From Octopus sinensis (lineage: Eukaryota), in contig NC_043008.1 of assembly GCF_006345805.1 (NCBI RefSeq), forward strand, positions 46,562,001-46,626,000: a stretch of DNA of 64,000 nt, in the 5' to 3' direction. The position numbers and the translations under genes are program-made. Below are positions 28,665 through 42,519 of the stretch, in pieces. The notes below the pieces were generated by a model. The model worked only from the letters and a program-made list of their open reading frames with translations. It was not told the DNA's origin and made no database searches. Positions within the stretch are counted from its first letter, which is position 1. Each line of letters begins with the position of its first letter.

Positions 28665-28835
28665 AAAGCTTACGAAAAAAAAAGACGAAGACAGGTGGTG
28701 TACAAAACAAACAAATGTATTAGTATAACGCTCAGGAATAGAAAAAGTATTTTACGTTTCTACCCTACGCTCTTCCACAGAAAAAACAAGGAGAGAGAAT
28801 AATGTGTGTAGTGACTAACGATCTATCATGGCGAC
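28665..28835 (-). repeat. PLE-tail-like dispersed repeat with degenerate hammerhead-like motif
   Basis: Minus strand ggaagagcgtagggtagaaacgtaaaatactttttc...cctgagcgttatactaatacatttg is homologous to 59200-59290. Confidence 0.5.
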
Positions 28836-28838
28836 TCA

Positions 28839-28888
<50 letters not shown>

Positions 28889-29180
28889 TTCAGCAAAACA
28901 ATTTAGATTCAAATGAATATGGTACTTAATTTAGATGCACCAGAATTTTTTATGGTATTACCCATAAAATTATGTGGGGTGATTAGTTTTGGGTTATACA
29001 TACATATATATATATATATGCACATATAACCTTTATACATATATACAAGTACACACAATCATATAAACATTTACACATACTCACAAACATACGTATAATC
29101 TTAAAGTATATGCATATATATGATTATCCATCTCTACATACATACATATACATATATATATATATATATGCATATATATA

Positions 29181-29907
29181 TAATGTAAAGTATAGAAGCC
29201 ATCTTATCATGGCTAACCACATTGGGGAGGGGGTGTTACTGTAGCTTTATAGCCCCAAGAGATCTTCCTCTCTAGCTGGCTTTAGACACAATATCAGTGT
29301 CCTTGGAGTATTTGCAAAGGAGGCCATCCCTTCCTCGAGCGTATCACTCAGGCTTGCGAGGAAGGGATGGCCTCCCTTTGCAAATACTACAAGGACACTG
29401 ATATTGTGTCTAAATCCAGCTAGAGACAAAATCTCTTGGGGCTATAAAGCTACATTAACACCCCCTCCCCAATGTGGTTAGCCATGATAAGATGGCTTCT
29501 ATACTTTACATTATCGAGCGATTACTGTTTCAATCTCATTCTGAGATTTACATATGCTTACTGTTCGTTTTTCGACATCAGTGGCAGACGCCATTAGAAA
29601 ATCTTATATATATTTGCAAAGGAGCCTTCACTTTAATCGCGACCTGGTGGTTACCACCCGTTGACGAGGGTCAACGATCCCGAAACTAGTTCGAGCGTAT
29701 CACTCAGGCTTGCGAGGAAGGGATGACCTCCCTCTGCAAATACTCCAAGGACACTGATATTGTGTCTAAAGCCAGCTAGAGACGAAGATCTCTTGGGGCT
29801 ATAAAGCTACAGTAACACCCCCTCCCCAATGTGGTTAGCCATGATAAGATGGCTTCTATACTTTACATTATCGAGCGATTACTGTTTCAATCTCATTCTG
29901 AGATTTA
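29181..29907. mobile_element. PLE-type pseudo-LTR cluster: 333-bp hairpin plus ~215-bp direct repeat
   Basis: 29181-29337 pairs with 29357-29513; 29336-29550 is repeated at 29692-29907; hammerhead-like motif at 29657-29695; flanked by (TA)n-rich, partly inverted flanks. Confidence 0.75.
29657..29695 (+). ncRNA. Minimal hammerhead motif with C3U substitution (degenerate)
   Basis: CCCG-UUGACGA-GGGUC(aac)GAUCC-C-GAAAC-UA-GUU-CGAG; palindromic AACUAGUU helix III; one mismatch in stem I. Confidence 0.5.
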
Positions 29908-29911
29908 ATTA

Positions 29912-29983
<72 letters not shown>

Positions 29984-30124
29984 TATATAAAAGCATATAT
30001 GTATGTATGTAGAGATGGATAAGCGTATATGTGTATATACTTTAAGATTATACGTATATTTGAGAGTATCTTCGATACCTTTATTTATTTCTTATGAATA
30101 ACTTGCAAATCCATATATACATAC

Positions 30125-30180
<56 letters not shown>

Positions 30181-30234
30181 TGCATATATATATATATATA
30201 TGTATATATGTATATATGTATATATATATATGTA

Positions 30235-30284
<50 letters not shown>

Positions 30285-30304
30285 TTTCTAGTTTAGAGAT
30301 TTTA

Positions 30305-30560
30305 GACTCGATCGTTATTTTCTGATGAAGTATATTTCCCTGCTAATGCGTTCATTTTGGTTAGCATTTTCTTTGAAATTGTTATAGCGGAAACATTCCG
30401 AATTTGGGAAATTTATCGGAAGCACATTTATCGATGTGCTGGCTGAGAGGTATTTTCCTGTATTCTGGAATCCTAATTTGCGATTCGTGCACCACCATCC
30501 TCTGACGTAGGCTGTTTTTTGTGTCCCCAATATATTGCCGTTAATATTCCGAGCATGTAA
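30305..30560 (-). mobile_element. PLE GIY-YIG endonuclease remnant
   Basis: Frame not in the ORF track: RQYIGDTKNSLRQRMVVHESQIRIPEYRKIPLSQHIDKCASDKFPKFGMFPL*, then after a shift [11 protein letters not shown]. Confidence 0.65.
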
Positions 30561-31711
30561 AACTCCAGTTGTTCAGGAGAGAGATCATTAAATAAATTGG
30601 GACTGATAAGGATAACATACAAAAGACTAACAGCTGAGTGGTCTCTTGATGTAAAGAGAACGCTCTCAAAGACACTTCAAATCGTTCATTAAAAGACGAT
30701 TTTCAAACCCCATTTTTAGAAAGGAAATGTTTTTGTAAGTATTGTAGAAAAGACTCGTACGTTGGTAAATATTGCTATACTAAGTATCGATTATGAACTC
30801 TTAGATCGATAAATGCATTAGCAGTTTCTTTTTACTAACATCTCATTTCCATGTACATACAATAAACAAAATTTGAGAATCTGGCATGTGTGATGTATTT
30901 TCCTTTATTCTTTCACAGACCCGCCAGCATTCAAATGTCCAATGAATCTCATGATATAAATACGGACCTGAATAAATAGATAAAAACAGGTTGCGCGTTA
31001 CATTTAGCCTTGTTCGGACATTATGTCTTTGTTACCATTTATTTTGTTGGCTATATATTACATCTACGAAAAAGAACTATCAAAAGTGCTCAATTATATT
31101 TTGATTGGGCTGATCTTCTCCGGGTACGATTGGTACCAAAATCTACACACGATATAGCAAGATGAAGTGTACCTAATCACGTGACTGCTTGACTTTGTAA
31201 TCTAAAGAAGAAAGTTGTCACCTTACTTTTCGTTGTATGAAAGAGATGTGCAGACAAGTTACTTCAGCGATTGCCGTTCACCTTATTAGATAATTGCGAT
31301 ATTACCCTCCGCCATGAAAAAATATGTTTCGTATACTCCTATAATCTAGCGGTCACAGTCTCACTGCGGATCGCCGTGACATACGTGAAAAGGATCTTTT
31401 AGACACAAGCAAACTGAATCCCAACACCCTAACAATATATCATAGCGAAAAGCTCTCAGGCAATACATAGATACGTAGTTATGTTAGCAACAGACACGTA
31501 TACCCTTGTTTTATTATGGTTTTAAGAAAAATATTTGAATATTTGGCAAATTCCCTCCTCTTATACGGGACCAGCTATTTCTGTTGATAATATTTCATAA
31601 AGTATTTGCATCCAAGAAAAGTATCACAGCGAACACCTACAAATATCCACATTAGTAACATTTCAATTTTCCTTTAAATTGTGAATATATATATATACAT
31701 ATATACATACA

Positions 31712-31747
<36 letters not shown>

Positions 31748-31795
31748 TATATATATTATATATATATATTATATATATATATATAATATATATAT

Positions 31796-31852
<57 letters not shown>

Positions 31853-31923
31853 CATCTTCGTTACCATATCATTAATCAGATATAGAGCATTTGTTTATTC
31901 TTGTATGTGTAACATAGCAGTTT

Positions 31924-31977
31924 AGAAAGACACATTAGTTTCACATCTAGCGTGAACTAGATATCTCTTCAGTTTCT
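31924..31977 (-). ncRNA. Type-I hammerhead motif
   Basis: AGAAA-CUGAAGA-G-AUAUCUAG(uucacg)CUAGAUGU-GAAAC-uaaugu-GUC-UUUCU. Confidence 0.6.
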
Positions 31978-32453
31978 CTAAACGATAACCATTCTCTGCA
32001 AAGAATGTTTTTTAAACACAAGAACGCCGGTGATAGTTGATGAAATATTCATCTTAAAAGATTATGGCCGGGCAAGATGTCTTTCTTTGTTTGATAGTTA
32101 GGTTTTCCAATTTTGAAGAAAGATTTTCCGAAAATGTGGACAAATCCTCACAGCTTCTGTCTTGGGGTTCATATGGCCTATTGGCTCATGCCAGTTCATG
32201 AGCATTTTATATATTTTTGCCATAGACAATTGAGACAGTCTTCTTCCATTGCGATAGAGTCCATAAATTTCCAATAATATCCACCTGATGTTAAACCGTG
32301 GGGAGTTGTCTACATTTTCGGAAATTTTCCTTCAAATTTGGAAAGCCTCGCCCGGCGATAATTTTTTTTTTTTTGAAGAGTGATATTTCTTGAACTACTA
32401 TCGGAGTCCTTATGTTTAAAAAAACATCTTTGCAGAGAACGGTTATCGTTTAG

Positions 32454-32505
32454 AGAAACTGAAGAGATGTCTAGTTCACATCAGACATGAAACCAATGTC
32501 TTTTT
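32454..32505 (+). ncRNA. Type-I hammerhead motif
   Basis: AGAAA-CUGAAGA-G-AUGUCU(aguucacauc)AGACAU-GAAAC-caau-GUC-UUUUU. Confidence 0.55.
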
Positions 32506-32898
32506 TAAACTATTTCATTACACATTCACACATATATATACATACATACACACATACACACACATATATTTATATACATACATACACACATACACACACA
32601 TATATATATACATACATACATACATACATATATATATATACGAAATCGAAATAGATGAATATAGGTAAGTGGAAATTTGAATTTAGGCATTTTATGAGTT
32701 GCTTATTATATGAAATCATTTAGTTATTTACTGAAAAAAAGTAAACACACACACACATATTCCCACTGTCACACATACATATGCGCACATACATACACAT
32801 ACACACATGTAATTATATCCATATATATACAGAGAGAGAGAGAGAGAGAGAGAGATCTTACCTGGAAATGGTTGCGTGGCTTTCAAACATAATAAAGT

Positions 32899-32941
<43 letters not shown>

Positions 32942-33151
32942 TATATATATATAATATATAATATATATATATATATATATGCGTATATACATATGCATAT
33001 TCCATGTACACGTATTCGTACTTCAAATTTTCGTATTTTATGTTGTTTACGTCCTGTGACATTCTGTGCCCACATATGCATAAGTATATACGTATATACG
33101 TATACGTTTGTATATATGCATATATGATATATATAAATATATATGTTTATA

Positions 33152-33207
<56 letters not shown>

Positions 33208-33231
33208 AGATATATATATATATATATATAT

Positions 33232-33585
33232 ATATAATCAAAATAAGCAACAAGTACAATTATTTCATGCTACTTCATTTTATTAAACACTAAGTATTAC
33301 ATTAGTTTTAAAATGGCGAACAATCTTCAGCCACATATAGAATTTTCCAATTAAACGGGCAATGCACATTCCTATCCCTATTTCATTTGCCAACATTACA
33401 ATAGGGATAAGAATGTGCATTGTCCGTTTAATTGGAAAATTCTATATGTGGCTGAAGATTGCTCGATATTTTAAAACTGATGTAATAATACTTACAGTAT
33501 TTAATAAAATGAAGTAGCATGAAACAATCGTACTACTCTACCTTGGATATCCTTGTTGCTTATTTTGATTATAATCACCCCATTT
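33232..33585. repeat. Imperfect palindrome, probably PLE-derived
   Basis: Left arm (ataatcaaaataagcaacaag...cacattcctatccctatt) is the reverse complement of the right arm (aatagggataagaatgtgc...cttgttgcttattttgattat) around a ~17-nt spacer; degenerate gctgaagattg...aaaac motif in both arms. Confidence 0.7.
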
Positions 33586-34453
33586 GATTTATATGGATAA
33601 CACCATACAAAATTCTGGTGCCTTTCACTTAAGTACCATATTCCTCTGAATCTAAATTTTTATATACATACATACGTACATACGATCCAAGGTGTCATTC
33701 AGTTTGTTTCGCAGGTGGGTAATCTTTGCGTAAACAGCTGTGCAGCCGTTTGCATATTTTTCAATATATTATTACATATTTGAGAGGAAGTATACTTTAC
33801 AAAAGTTCATATTATTTAACGAAACTTAATACTTAATGTTCAATCGTTCGGAAATGTTAATTTGGTAAGTAACATATATATATTACATTTATTACACAAA
33901 GCATTGAATGCAATTTATAATGGCATGAGTTACTTGAATTACTGATGAATGGAAATCCACCATCTCCTACAACACTACCTCTCTCCCTCTCTGTCTTTGT
34001 CTCTCTCTCTCTCACACACACACACGTGGGAAGCAAAGTGTAACAGAATTGAAATTCATATGAAAGATAAACATATTTTTATTGATCAAGAATTGAAAAA
34101 TGAACAGAAAATCATAAAGGTTTAAACAATCAATAATATTTAGACACAAATATTCAACAAGAGATTAATACTTTGTACAACAAAACATCTTTCGTAATTA
34201 AACAATCCCACCACAAATGGCCATCGGCGCACTTCTTCATAATTCACAATAACAACGTGGGAAATGTTGATTTGGAAATGTTGGATATTATATAAACACA
34301 CACAGACACACACATATGGTGTGTACAGACATGTGCTTGTATGTATGTATATGTGTGTCTCTTTATATGTGTATATACATATATATGAACGTATATATAT
34401 CCATATATATATATAATACATATATATGCAGATAGTGTATATACACACACACA

Positions 34454-34532
<79 letters not shown>

Positions 34533-35774
34533 ACATGAGTGTGTGAAGTCACATATTTCTAGACATTTTATAATTTTCACACCACAAGTTGAAATTTTAA
34601 AACAAATACGATTAACTGACAGAAGATTATTTGAAATATTTTAAACAAGAGGAAAGAAAATGATAAAATATTTAATGCCTGGTTACATATCCCGGCAAAG
34701 TAATAAACTAGCTTAACAAAACTTTGCGTAAATTTTTGGATAATACTCATGTCCAAGATAATTGGATAAAAAAGCAGCAGAAGGAATGTTTAATCTAAAT
34801 TTCAAAGAAAGTTATGGAAAATTTAGGATTTCATAAATTTGGAAATACTTGAATTATGATAATAGAGAGACTGATATGTGGGATATTTCCTGCTGATGGA
34901 GCCATTCTATGGTTTAATTAAGTTTATGTTAGTTATTTATGTATATATGTTTGGTATTTAAAAAGATGCAAGTACTCAGAATGGCTGCAAGATTGGAAGA
35001 AAATGGCGCATTCACAAATAAATCAATGATTTAGGAGTAACACTTATCATAATTTATGAATGCTAGAAGCGTAAACTTGTGTTGGTTAAATATAATCTTT
35101 GCTTCAAATAATCATTTGGCTTCCACTTACCAATATCTATATGCGATGAGATATGAACTGTTCTGGTGCATTGATTTTGCATTTTGTTTTACTATTCAAG
35201 TAAACGCTCAACTTTTAATTTGTGCTTGTTTTTTGTAATAATCGTTATATATGTTACCTACCACAGCAAAACCATTACTTGCTATTTTACGCACTATTTG
35301 TTGCCTGGTCGTCATATCTGCCTTTTCCATAAGTAAAAAGAGTTGTCCTGGAAATGATTTTGTATAAATGTATGCAGTAATTGTTGCTATTAAAATTAGA
35401 AATGTACAATATAATTAGCATCATTTGCTTGATTAACTTTTACCGACATTATTCAAATAACTATATGTGCATATGTAAAATTATTGTTATTAGATATACG
35501 GTTCCATTACTACGCATATGATCGTTCGTATTTCGTAAGGATGTTTGAAGCATGGGCAACAGCAAAAACACCCTCGAGAGTGACACAGAGGTACATGTGT
35601 GTAGTGTGAATCTTCAAACTCAATTACACAAACCACTCCATGTTGTACTTTGTTCCTTCAGTAAGCATGAAAAATGTCTGTGTATGTGTGTGTATGTATG
35701 TATGTATGTGCGTGTGTGTCTATCTGAAATTATATAGATTTTTGAATAAGTCCCAATTTAAAAAAATCTTTTAT

Positions 35775-35945
35775 TTGCTTGTCAATAGACTTCGGCTGCA
35801 TTGGGGCACCGCCTTGAAGCCTTTTAGTCGACCCCAGTAAAATAGATATATATTTTAAGCCTGACACTTAATCTGTTGATCGTTTTTGTTGATAGTTACA
35901 GCAAAGTAAACCGGGCAACACCACCTGTCAAACGGTGGGAAAGGT
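35775..35945 (-). mobile_element. SINE family 1, 3' fragment
   Basis: gcattggggcaccgccttgaagcc...tagtcgacccc is the reverse complement of the family 1 tail. Confidence 0.5.
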
Positions 35946-36239
35946 TGACTCCATGAAGCTTAAACTTTCGTACGCTCTTCGAACGAACTTATCTAGTCAG
36001 GCATCAAACAAGCAGGAAATAGATAGGAGACAATTTCAAGATGGCTGCGAGCTATTAGGCCTCCGTTGGCCAACTTATCCTACGCGCTGTTATCAGTGTG
36101 AACCTGATATCAATTCTTTATTTTTAATTTAAACAGCTTGGACAAGATGCGGGTCTACAGCTGTCGGCGTCAGAGCTCTATCTGGCAGTGGCGGTATGGA
36201 ATATTTAGCGACTCAGTTCCATTGCATTTGATGCTACTC

Positions 36240-36480
36240 ATGGTCGGTCGTTGTGTTGTTGTCGGAGCGAAATCAACAGAGAATTAAGATTGTTGCAGCA
36301 ATCTTCCATTTCACTTCCACAAACATAGCTAGAAAATTTCTGACACTTATTAAAAATGTTTCCTTAGAAACCGTAATTATGGCATTGCTCGCCATACTAG
36401 ACGCAAACACACCACTCATCCAATCCACATTGTAACTTTCGTAATACTACCAGGTGCCTCTTAAGTGATGTGGCTAAACA
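36240..36480 (-). mobile_element. Possible AP-endonuclease (RTE-like) remnant
   Basis: GVFASSMASNA...ATILILC*/FAPT resembles the GVG...TIISAYAPT segment; heavily decayed. Confidence 0.3.
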
Positions 36481-38029
36481 GGCATCCGGAAAACATCTGA
36501 TGGCATTACCCGACACTACACAAGCATGAGAGGGAACGACTTCAGGAAAAGTTATATACATCATCCACACTCCTTCAGATAATGGCAACTCCTCCTCCAT
36601 CCTTTTCTGTTTCATCTAGAGGCTCCCCGATCATTAGATTGACTTCTCCAACATCAAATGGTTTATATTTAATTGTCCTTTTCGACTTTCTCGTCTGCAT
36701 CTCGCAGTTGCCAACTCTGCCACACCGAGACACTATGCTAGCGTGCAGTTTCCATCGACAAGAAAACTGAATGATATTATCTTACCCCCAGAAGTACACT
36801 TTGGTAATGAAATTAAGCCACTGGCAGACGCCAATCCAAATAAAACAATTTAGGCCTTGCACTTCTAAACGAGAGGGCACAATATTTAATCGTCTTGGTC
36901 CGCAAAGACTACAACCCCACCAATGCTACTGATCATCCAGACTTAATTATTTTAACTTTTAACCACCTGATTTTAATTCAGGGCAACCATATATGATTAT
37001 TACCACGGGATAGCTATTGCCACCTATGTGTTAGATCTCTACGGATTTCATACCGAGCTACTAACAGGCGACCATACTCCAACCTGTATTTAATAGCCTC
37101 AATGAAATGATGTAGCTATACAAACCATACCGCAGCTTGCAGATATAGCGGCGACAGCTACCTACGGGCATCCTCTTCCAGTGGGCCTAAGAATCATGAA
37201 AGACATGATTTCACCTTCACACCAGTAAAGCCATATGATCTGTGAAGATTAATAGACGCCTAACACCTAGCAGCCATCTTAAATTTGTTTTATATGTTTC
37301 TCCTCACTAGACATCTAATGAGATGTTCGTTCTATGAGCCTACGAGATTTATGATAACATGTAACGAAATCCTCTTTTTAATACATACGTAACCTCTGTC
37401 AAGTGTTATATATATATATATATATATAATACTAGAAAGAGATCCTACATATTTCACACGTAGCTGAATATAATTATTCAACTTAATCACGTTTCGTTTC
37501 AAGCAAAATGCATTCAGTGGGATAAGTCGCGACGAAAAAACAATAACGTTTTTAAAATAATTTATTTTCTTATCTTACTGAACTCACAGGAATTGTATGA
37601 TTTAGACAATTTCTTAATTATCCGTTTTAATTAAAATTGTTTCATTATGTTTCTAGGACACAGATTTGTAATTAACACTTTATACATTGGTTGCAGGAAC
37701 ATATCACAAAATTTCAATTCTAAAAATTTAATGCCTCTAATCTTGGGTTGAGTATTAGTAATTTTGGGTGGATTGCTTAGCGATTTAAAAGTATTCCAGT
37801 ACGTACCTGCTGTCCTTTATGAGCACTAAAGGTTTGAAACCAAAGTTCAACTCACCTGTATTTTAACGCAGAATGTGGGAGCAGAACGACGAGAAAGAAT
37901 ATCGTATGACTTGTAAATAATTTAAGCTAATTCGGAATCCTAGATTATTTATGACTGAGAATTACTTAATGATTTAACAACTACCTCCTTTCTCTTGGTC
38001 TGGCTTGACAAGCAAAGATTTACAAAGAG

Positions 38030-38410
38030 GTATGACCACGTCTGTTGCAGGGCTGTTGATGTCCAACGCGTCCTATTCGGGACAAACAACTACGGCCATA
38101 GTGGCTCCACTCTAGCGGCAAGATTATGAATGGTTTTTCCTGCCTTATTCTCTTTTCTGCGCATGTCTAGAAAGGCGGCTTTTATCTGGAGGACAGTGAG
38201 GCGCCAGACTTCATAGTCAGTGGCACAGACAGACCACCGGAGAGATTAATGTGTCAGGTATCGAGGTATTTCTTTAGGGAGTTGTTGTATCTCTTCTATA
38301 ATGCTCTTCAGTCTCCAGATCATTGTCAACATACCACGTGATCTTAGGACGTCGATGACCCTCCATCCTGCTGATATGTATTGTCCAGTGGTGCTTTCTT
38401 CCACGGAATT
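38030..38410 (-). mobile_element. RTE-clade LINE 3' fragment, degraded
   Basis: HHWTIHISRMEGHRRPK...WSVCATDYEVWRLTV...AAFLDMRRK, matching the RTE pattern RW.GH..RM...RLPK and W...A.DR..WR. Confidence 0.6.
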
Positions 38411-39747
38411 GCTTTGATGTTTATGACCTTCGCCTGCTATATGACCTTGACCTTAATGTAATACGCTATTGGTGAAGGTCAATATATATATAAGTGGATA
38501 TTGTGATTATTGTCCTATGGATGGTTATATATAATATATATTGTTATAATGTGTTTTACATATTAGAAAATAAAAGTATAAATTTATACTTTAATACCGT
38601 GTGGTCACGACATTTTGATTCAAACAGTGGTAGAATGATTATTGCAGAACATTTGGAGCATGTTTTGTTTAGCAGATAAATTTGCATCACCTAAATCTGA
38701 TTCTTCAAATTGTAAGTCTTAGGTGAATCTTAGATTTTGTCCTCCACAATCTACATAAATTCTACTGGAACAATACTGTTACATTCTTCAAAGATTCTTT
38801 GTATTTAGGAACTCTGTTATGCAGCAAAAGAGCAATTATTTTCGGCATTTGTGATTAGTGTTCCCTATTAAGATTGCATGCGTATTTATCAAATGCCTTC
38901 AATGTCCATAACTTGGTGTATTATTCAATTAAGCCTTTCTTATTTCGTAACTATGGTAACTGACAATAAAGCCAGCCGAAGAAACATAACCATAACAGCA
39001 GCGATTAAATTCCACTGCACAATACATAAAAGATGAGGTACCATAATATCGTATGCATCCACGTAATAAATTATTCAGACATATTTTCATTCTAGTAAAA
39101 GTTATGCGCCACATCGTTTATCAGAAGAGTGTTTTTTTTTAAAGTAACAAACAAGAATGTAAATAGTGTACTTCAGAATAATTTGAGTAAACTTGTAAAT
39201 GTTAATTTATGCTGAATCCACCGTGAACCTCCTGTAATTAACATTTGTTTCTTTGAATTAGCGCAGTCATCTTTATGCTTCTTTCCTTAGGGGAGCTTCT
39301 ACATATTTAAAAAATGTTATCCGATTCTTCTTTGAAAAACATATATATCTTCTAAACTTATAAGATGATATTTACTTTCGAAATTGTATTTACAAATTCT
39401 ATTTCATACTCAAAATTGCTCTTTGAACCGAGCGTATTTACCATTATTGATAGATTCAGATTTATATCACTAATTATTAAATCATTTTTGAATGTTACTT
39501 ACTGATATTAAGTTGTATTTAACGCTCAATGTGCAATTAAGGTTTTGTGTAATCAAGCTCCTTAATTTAAATACGGTCTTTACTAAACATGCAGCAGAAA
39601 ATCGAGCTTTCAGCTATACATTTCATATATGTGTGTGTGTGAGAGAGAGAGAGAGAGTGTGCGTGTATACACACACACATTTATATATGTGTATATGTAT
39701 ATTTATAGATGTATGTATATATATATGTGTGTGTGTGCGTGTGTTTG

Positions 39748-39780
<33 letters not shown>

Positions 39781-39810
39781 TATTTTATATATATATTTAT
39801 ATTTGTATGA

Positions 39811-39844
<34 letters not shown>

Positions 39845-40883
39845 TAATTATATTTAGACTGAAGTATTGCGCGATATGAAAACGAGCCTGATTTATAAGA
39901 ACTTTGGCGCAGAAACAAAAGGTATTAATGTCGGAGCATGGCTAACATCAGAAAATTAGTAAATGTTCAGAGGAAAAATGTGTAAGTTCCGAATATTTGA
40001 GGTAAAGTAACGCTCGAACAAGAAACACTTAAACGTGGGATTAGGGGTTGGAAATATATTGCAAACAGATACATTTCTGCTGCTATAAATGAAATTTTAT
40101 GAATTTATAAATCAACTCTACATTTGCATCTTTCTTACTAAACTTTTGCGGAGAAGACTATTTTAGATAGATCATAGGGATGGAAGAATTTGGTAACTGT
40201 GTAAATATGCATGTATGTATGCATGTTTATATAATAACCATATGTATTTAGATGCAAGCTGCGTGTCTATGCCTACACATACTTATATCAGAATGGAATG
40301 CAATTATATTATATTCCCGCTATTTAACATTATGTAACATTATTAATATTATTCACAGATTTACCTAGACAGACTTAAGATACTTACGTTGATTGTAGTG
40401 ATCCTAGCAGTCAAAGCCATGGAAACAGATATTTGTAACCGAAATTCAAAACCATGATCGAAATATATATTTATCAGGAAGAAAATGATTAGATGAAAAA
40501 TCGAAACACATTTGATTTATAGATCAGTTTTAATAATTATAAATGAAGCAAAAATCCATCGTGTACATAGGGGCACCTTTATTTTTTCAGGATAAAAACA
40601 CAAGTATTATAAATATAAAAGAGAAAAAAATGAATGTAACAACATGCATGACTAGTTGATACAATATCGATCATATCAGGAGTCGTCATCGAAAATTGAT
40701 TTATGCGTCAATGAAATAGCTGTAATATGTTAATAGAATGTCGATCATTTTTAGTGACAAATATTGTAAAATATAATTAAAATTGAAATTAAATTTCATT
40801 TATGTATGTGTGCATGTGTTAGTGTTAGTGTATGTACGTAAGTATATACATACACACACACACATCTATATATATATATATAT

Positions 40884-40921
<38 letters not shown>

Positions 40922-41290
40922 GTATGTATGTATGTATGCATGCATGTATGCATATATATGTATATACATGCACGCATAAACACGTACGGACTTTACTTTA
41001 AAGTGTAGCTGCAAGCCTGTTATATTCTGAGCCCCAGGCTAATCGATCTGTTCATATAAATATTTCATAATTGGCAAGTATATATTCTCATAATTAATCT
41101 TACTCTCCATCCTGCCCTCTCCTCCTCTCTGTCTCCATCGTTCTGTATAGATGCATATATATTAGTTCTCTATGCACCGCTGTACAAATGGTCATCTCCC
41201 TGTATGTGATGGTGCCTATGAGTATACATGTCTGTGTGTCCCTATATAAATACCATTCCACAAAGCAATGCATTTTGAATCAATGTCTTA

Positions 41291-41506
41291 TCTCTATAAC
41301 TTGTTTCCGTCGGCCATGCTGGACCACTAGCGGCCATGCTGGGGCAGCACCTTTCAGATTTTCAGTCGAATGAATGTGTTCCAATACAAATTCTAGTAGT
41401 TCTTCTTTTCCAAACTGCTAAGTTCCAAGCTCCTAAACACACCGATAGCGGTTGTAAAGTGTTGGTGCCGGATAAACGCACAAAAAGACAAACAGGCAGA
41501 CACACA

Positions 41507-41550
<44 letters not shown>

Positions 41551-41730
41551 CACACACACACACACATATGATAGTCTCCTTTCAGTTTCCTTGAACCACA
41601 TCCGCTCAGCAGGCTTTCGTCGGTGCGACGCTATAGTAGTATATATTTATCTTATGAGACACGCAGTGGGACTGAACTCAGATCCATGTGGTTTCGAAGC
41701 GAACGTCTTACCACAGAGCTACGCCTGTGT
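41291..41730 (-). mobile_element. SINE family 1, diverged copy
   Basis: Reverse complement of head (cgcagtgggactgaactcagatccatgtgg), core (ctttcagtttcc) and tail (ggccatgctggggcagcacctt). Confidence 0.65.
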
Positions 41731-42445
41731 CGATTGCGATGGATTGTGAAAATATGTTTCCACGGACAAATACGCAATATGTATTACGTCCTCCATGTAC
41801 GTTTCAAATATGCACAGAGACAGAAACACACAGGCTCACACATACACACAGGCATATGCATGTTGCGTGTGTATGTGTAAGTGAGAGAGAGAGAGAGGGA
41901 GAGAGCGTGAGAGAGAAATGGGGTATTTTATGTTTAAGGACTTGAATGATAATTTTAATTTGGATTAATATAAAGAAACGATGTCACTTTTGAGAGCAAT
42001 GAAGAAAAACGATATCGATTATTATCATTGATGAGAGTTCAATGTTGCCCTATTTCAAGGAATATTCTAAATATAAGGAAAAACAATCATACAACTCTTA
42101 TAACCATTTTGTATTGGATGTTTTGTCTGTTGAAATTATTTTAAATAATGTGTGTTTGCACGCGCGTGTCCATTGAACGAACATGCAGATTGAATTTCCA
42201 AAGATGACACATCAGCACATCATCCAGTTTGAGGAAAGTTTTCTTTTGTAAAACATCTATACTCACGAATGTAGTAGTTATTTTTTTATATTTATTTATT
42301 TATTTATTTAATTCATTTTTTCATGTGTCGTTTCCCAAGAAACACCAAACTGCAATGAAATTAAGTGACAGTGTTCAATGATAACGTAAATGTAATACTT
42401 CAGTAAGCATTCATCCACAAAAACACACACACACATACATACAAG

Positions 42446-42493
<48 letters not shown>

Positions 42494-42519
42494 TGCTGGA
42501 AAGATATTAACTAGGAATG

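Larger units (their letters stand above)
31915..32515. mobile_element. PLE remnant: inverted hammerhead-bearing repeats enclosing the endonuclease C-terminus
   Basis: 31915-32015 and 32408-32515 are inverted repeats; the spacer on the minus strand encodes FNIRWILLEIYGLYRNGRRLSQLSMAKIYKML...MNPKTEAVRICPHFRKIFLQNWKT*, resembling the PLE GIY-YIG C-terminal pattern (IxW..., YxNG, LN...CxH..K). Confidence 0.6.
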
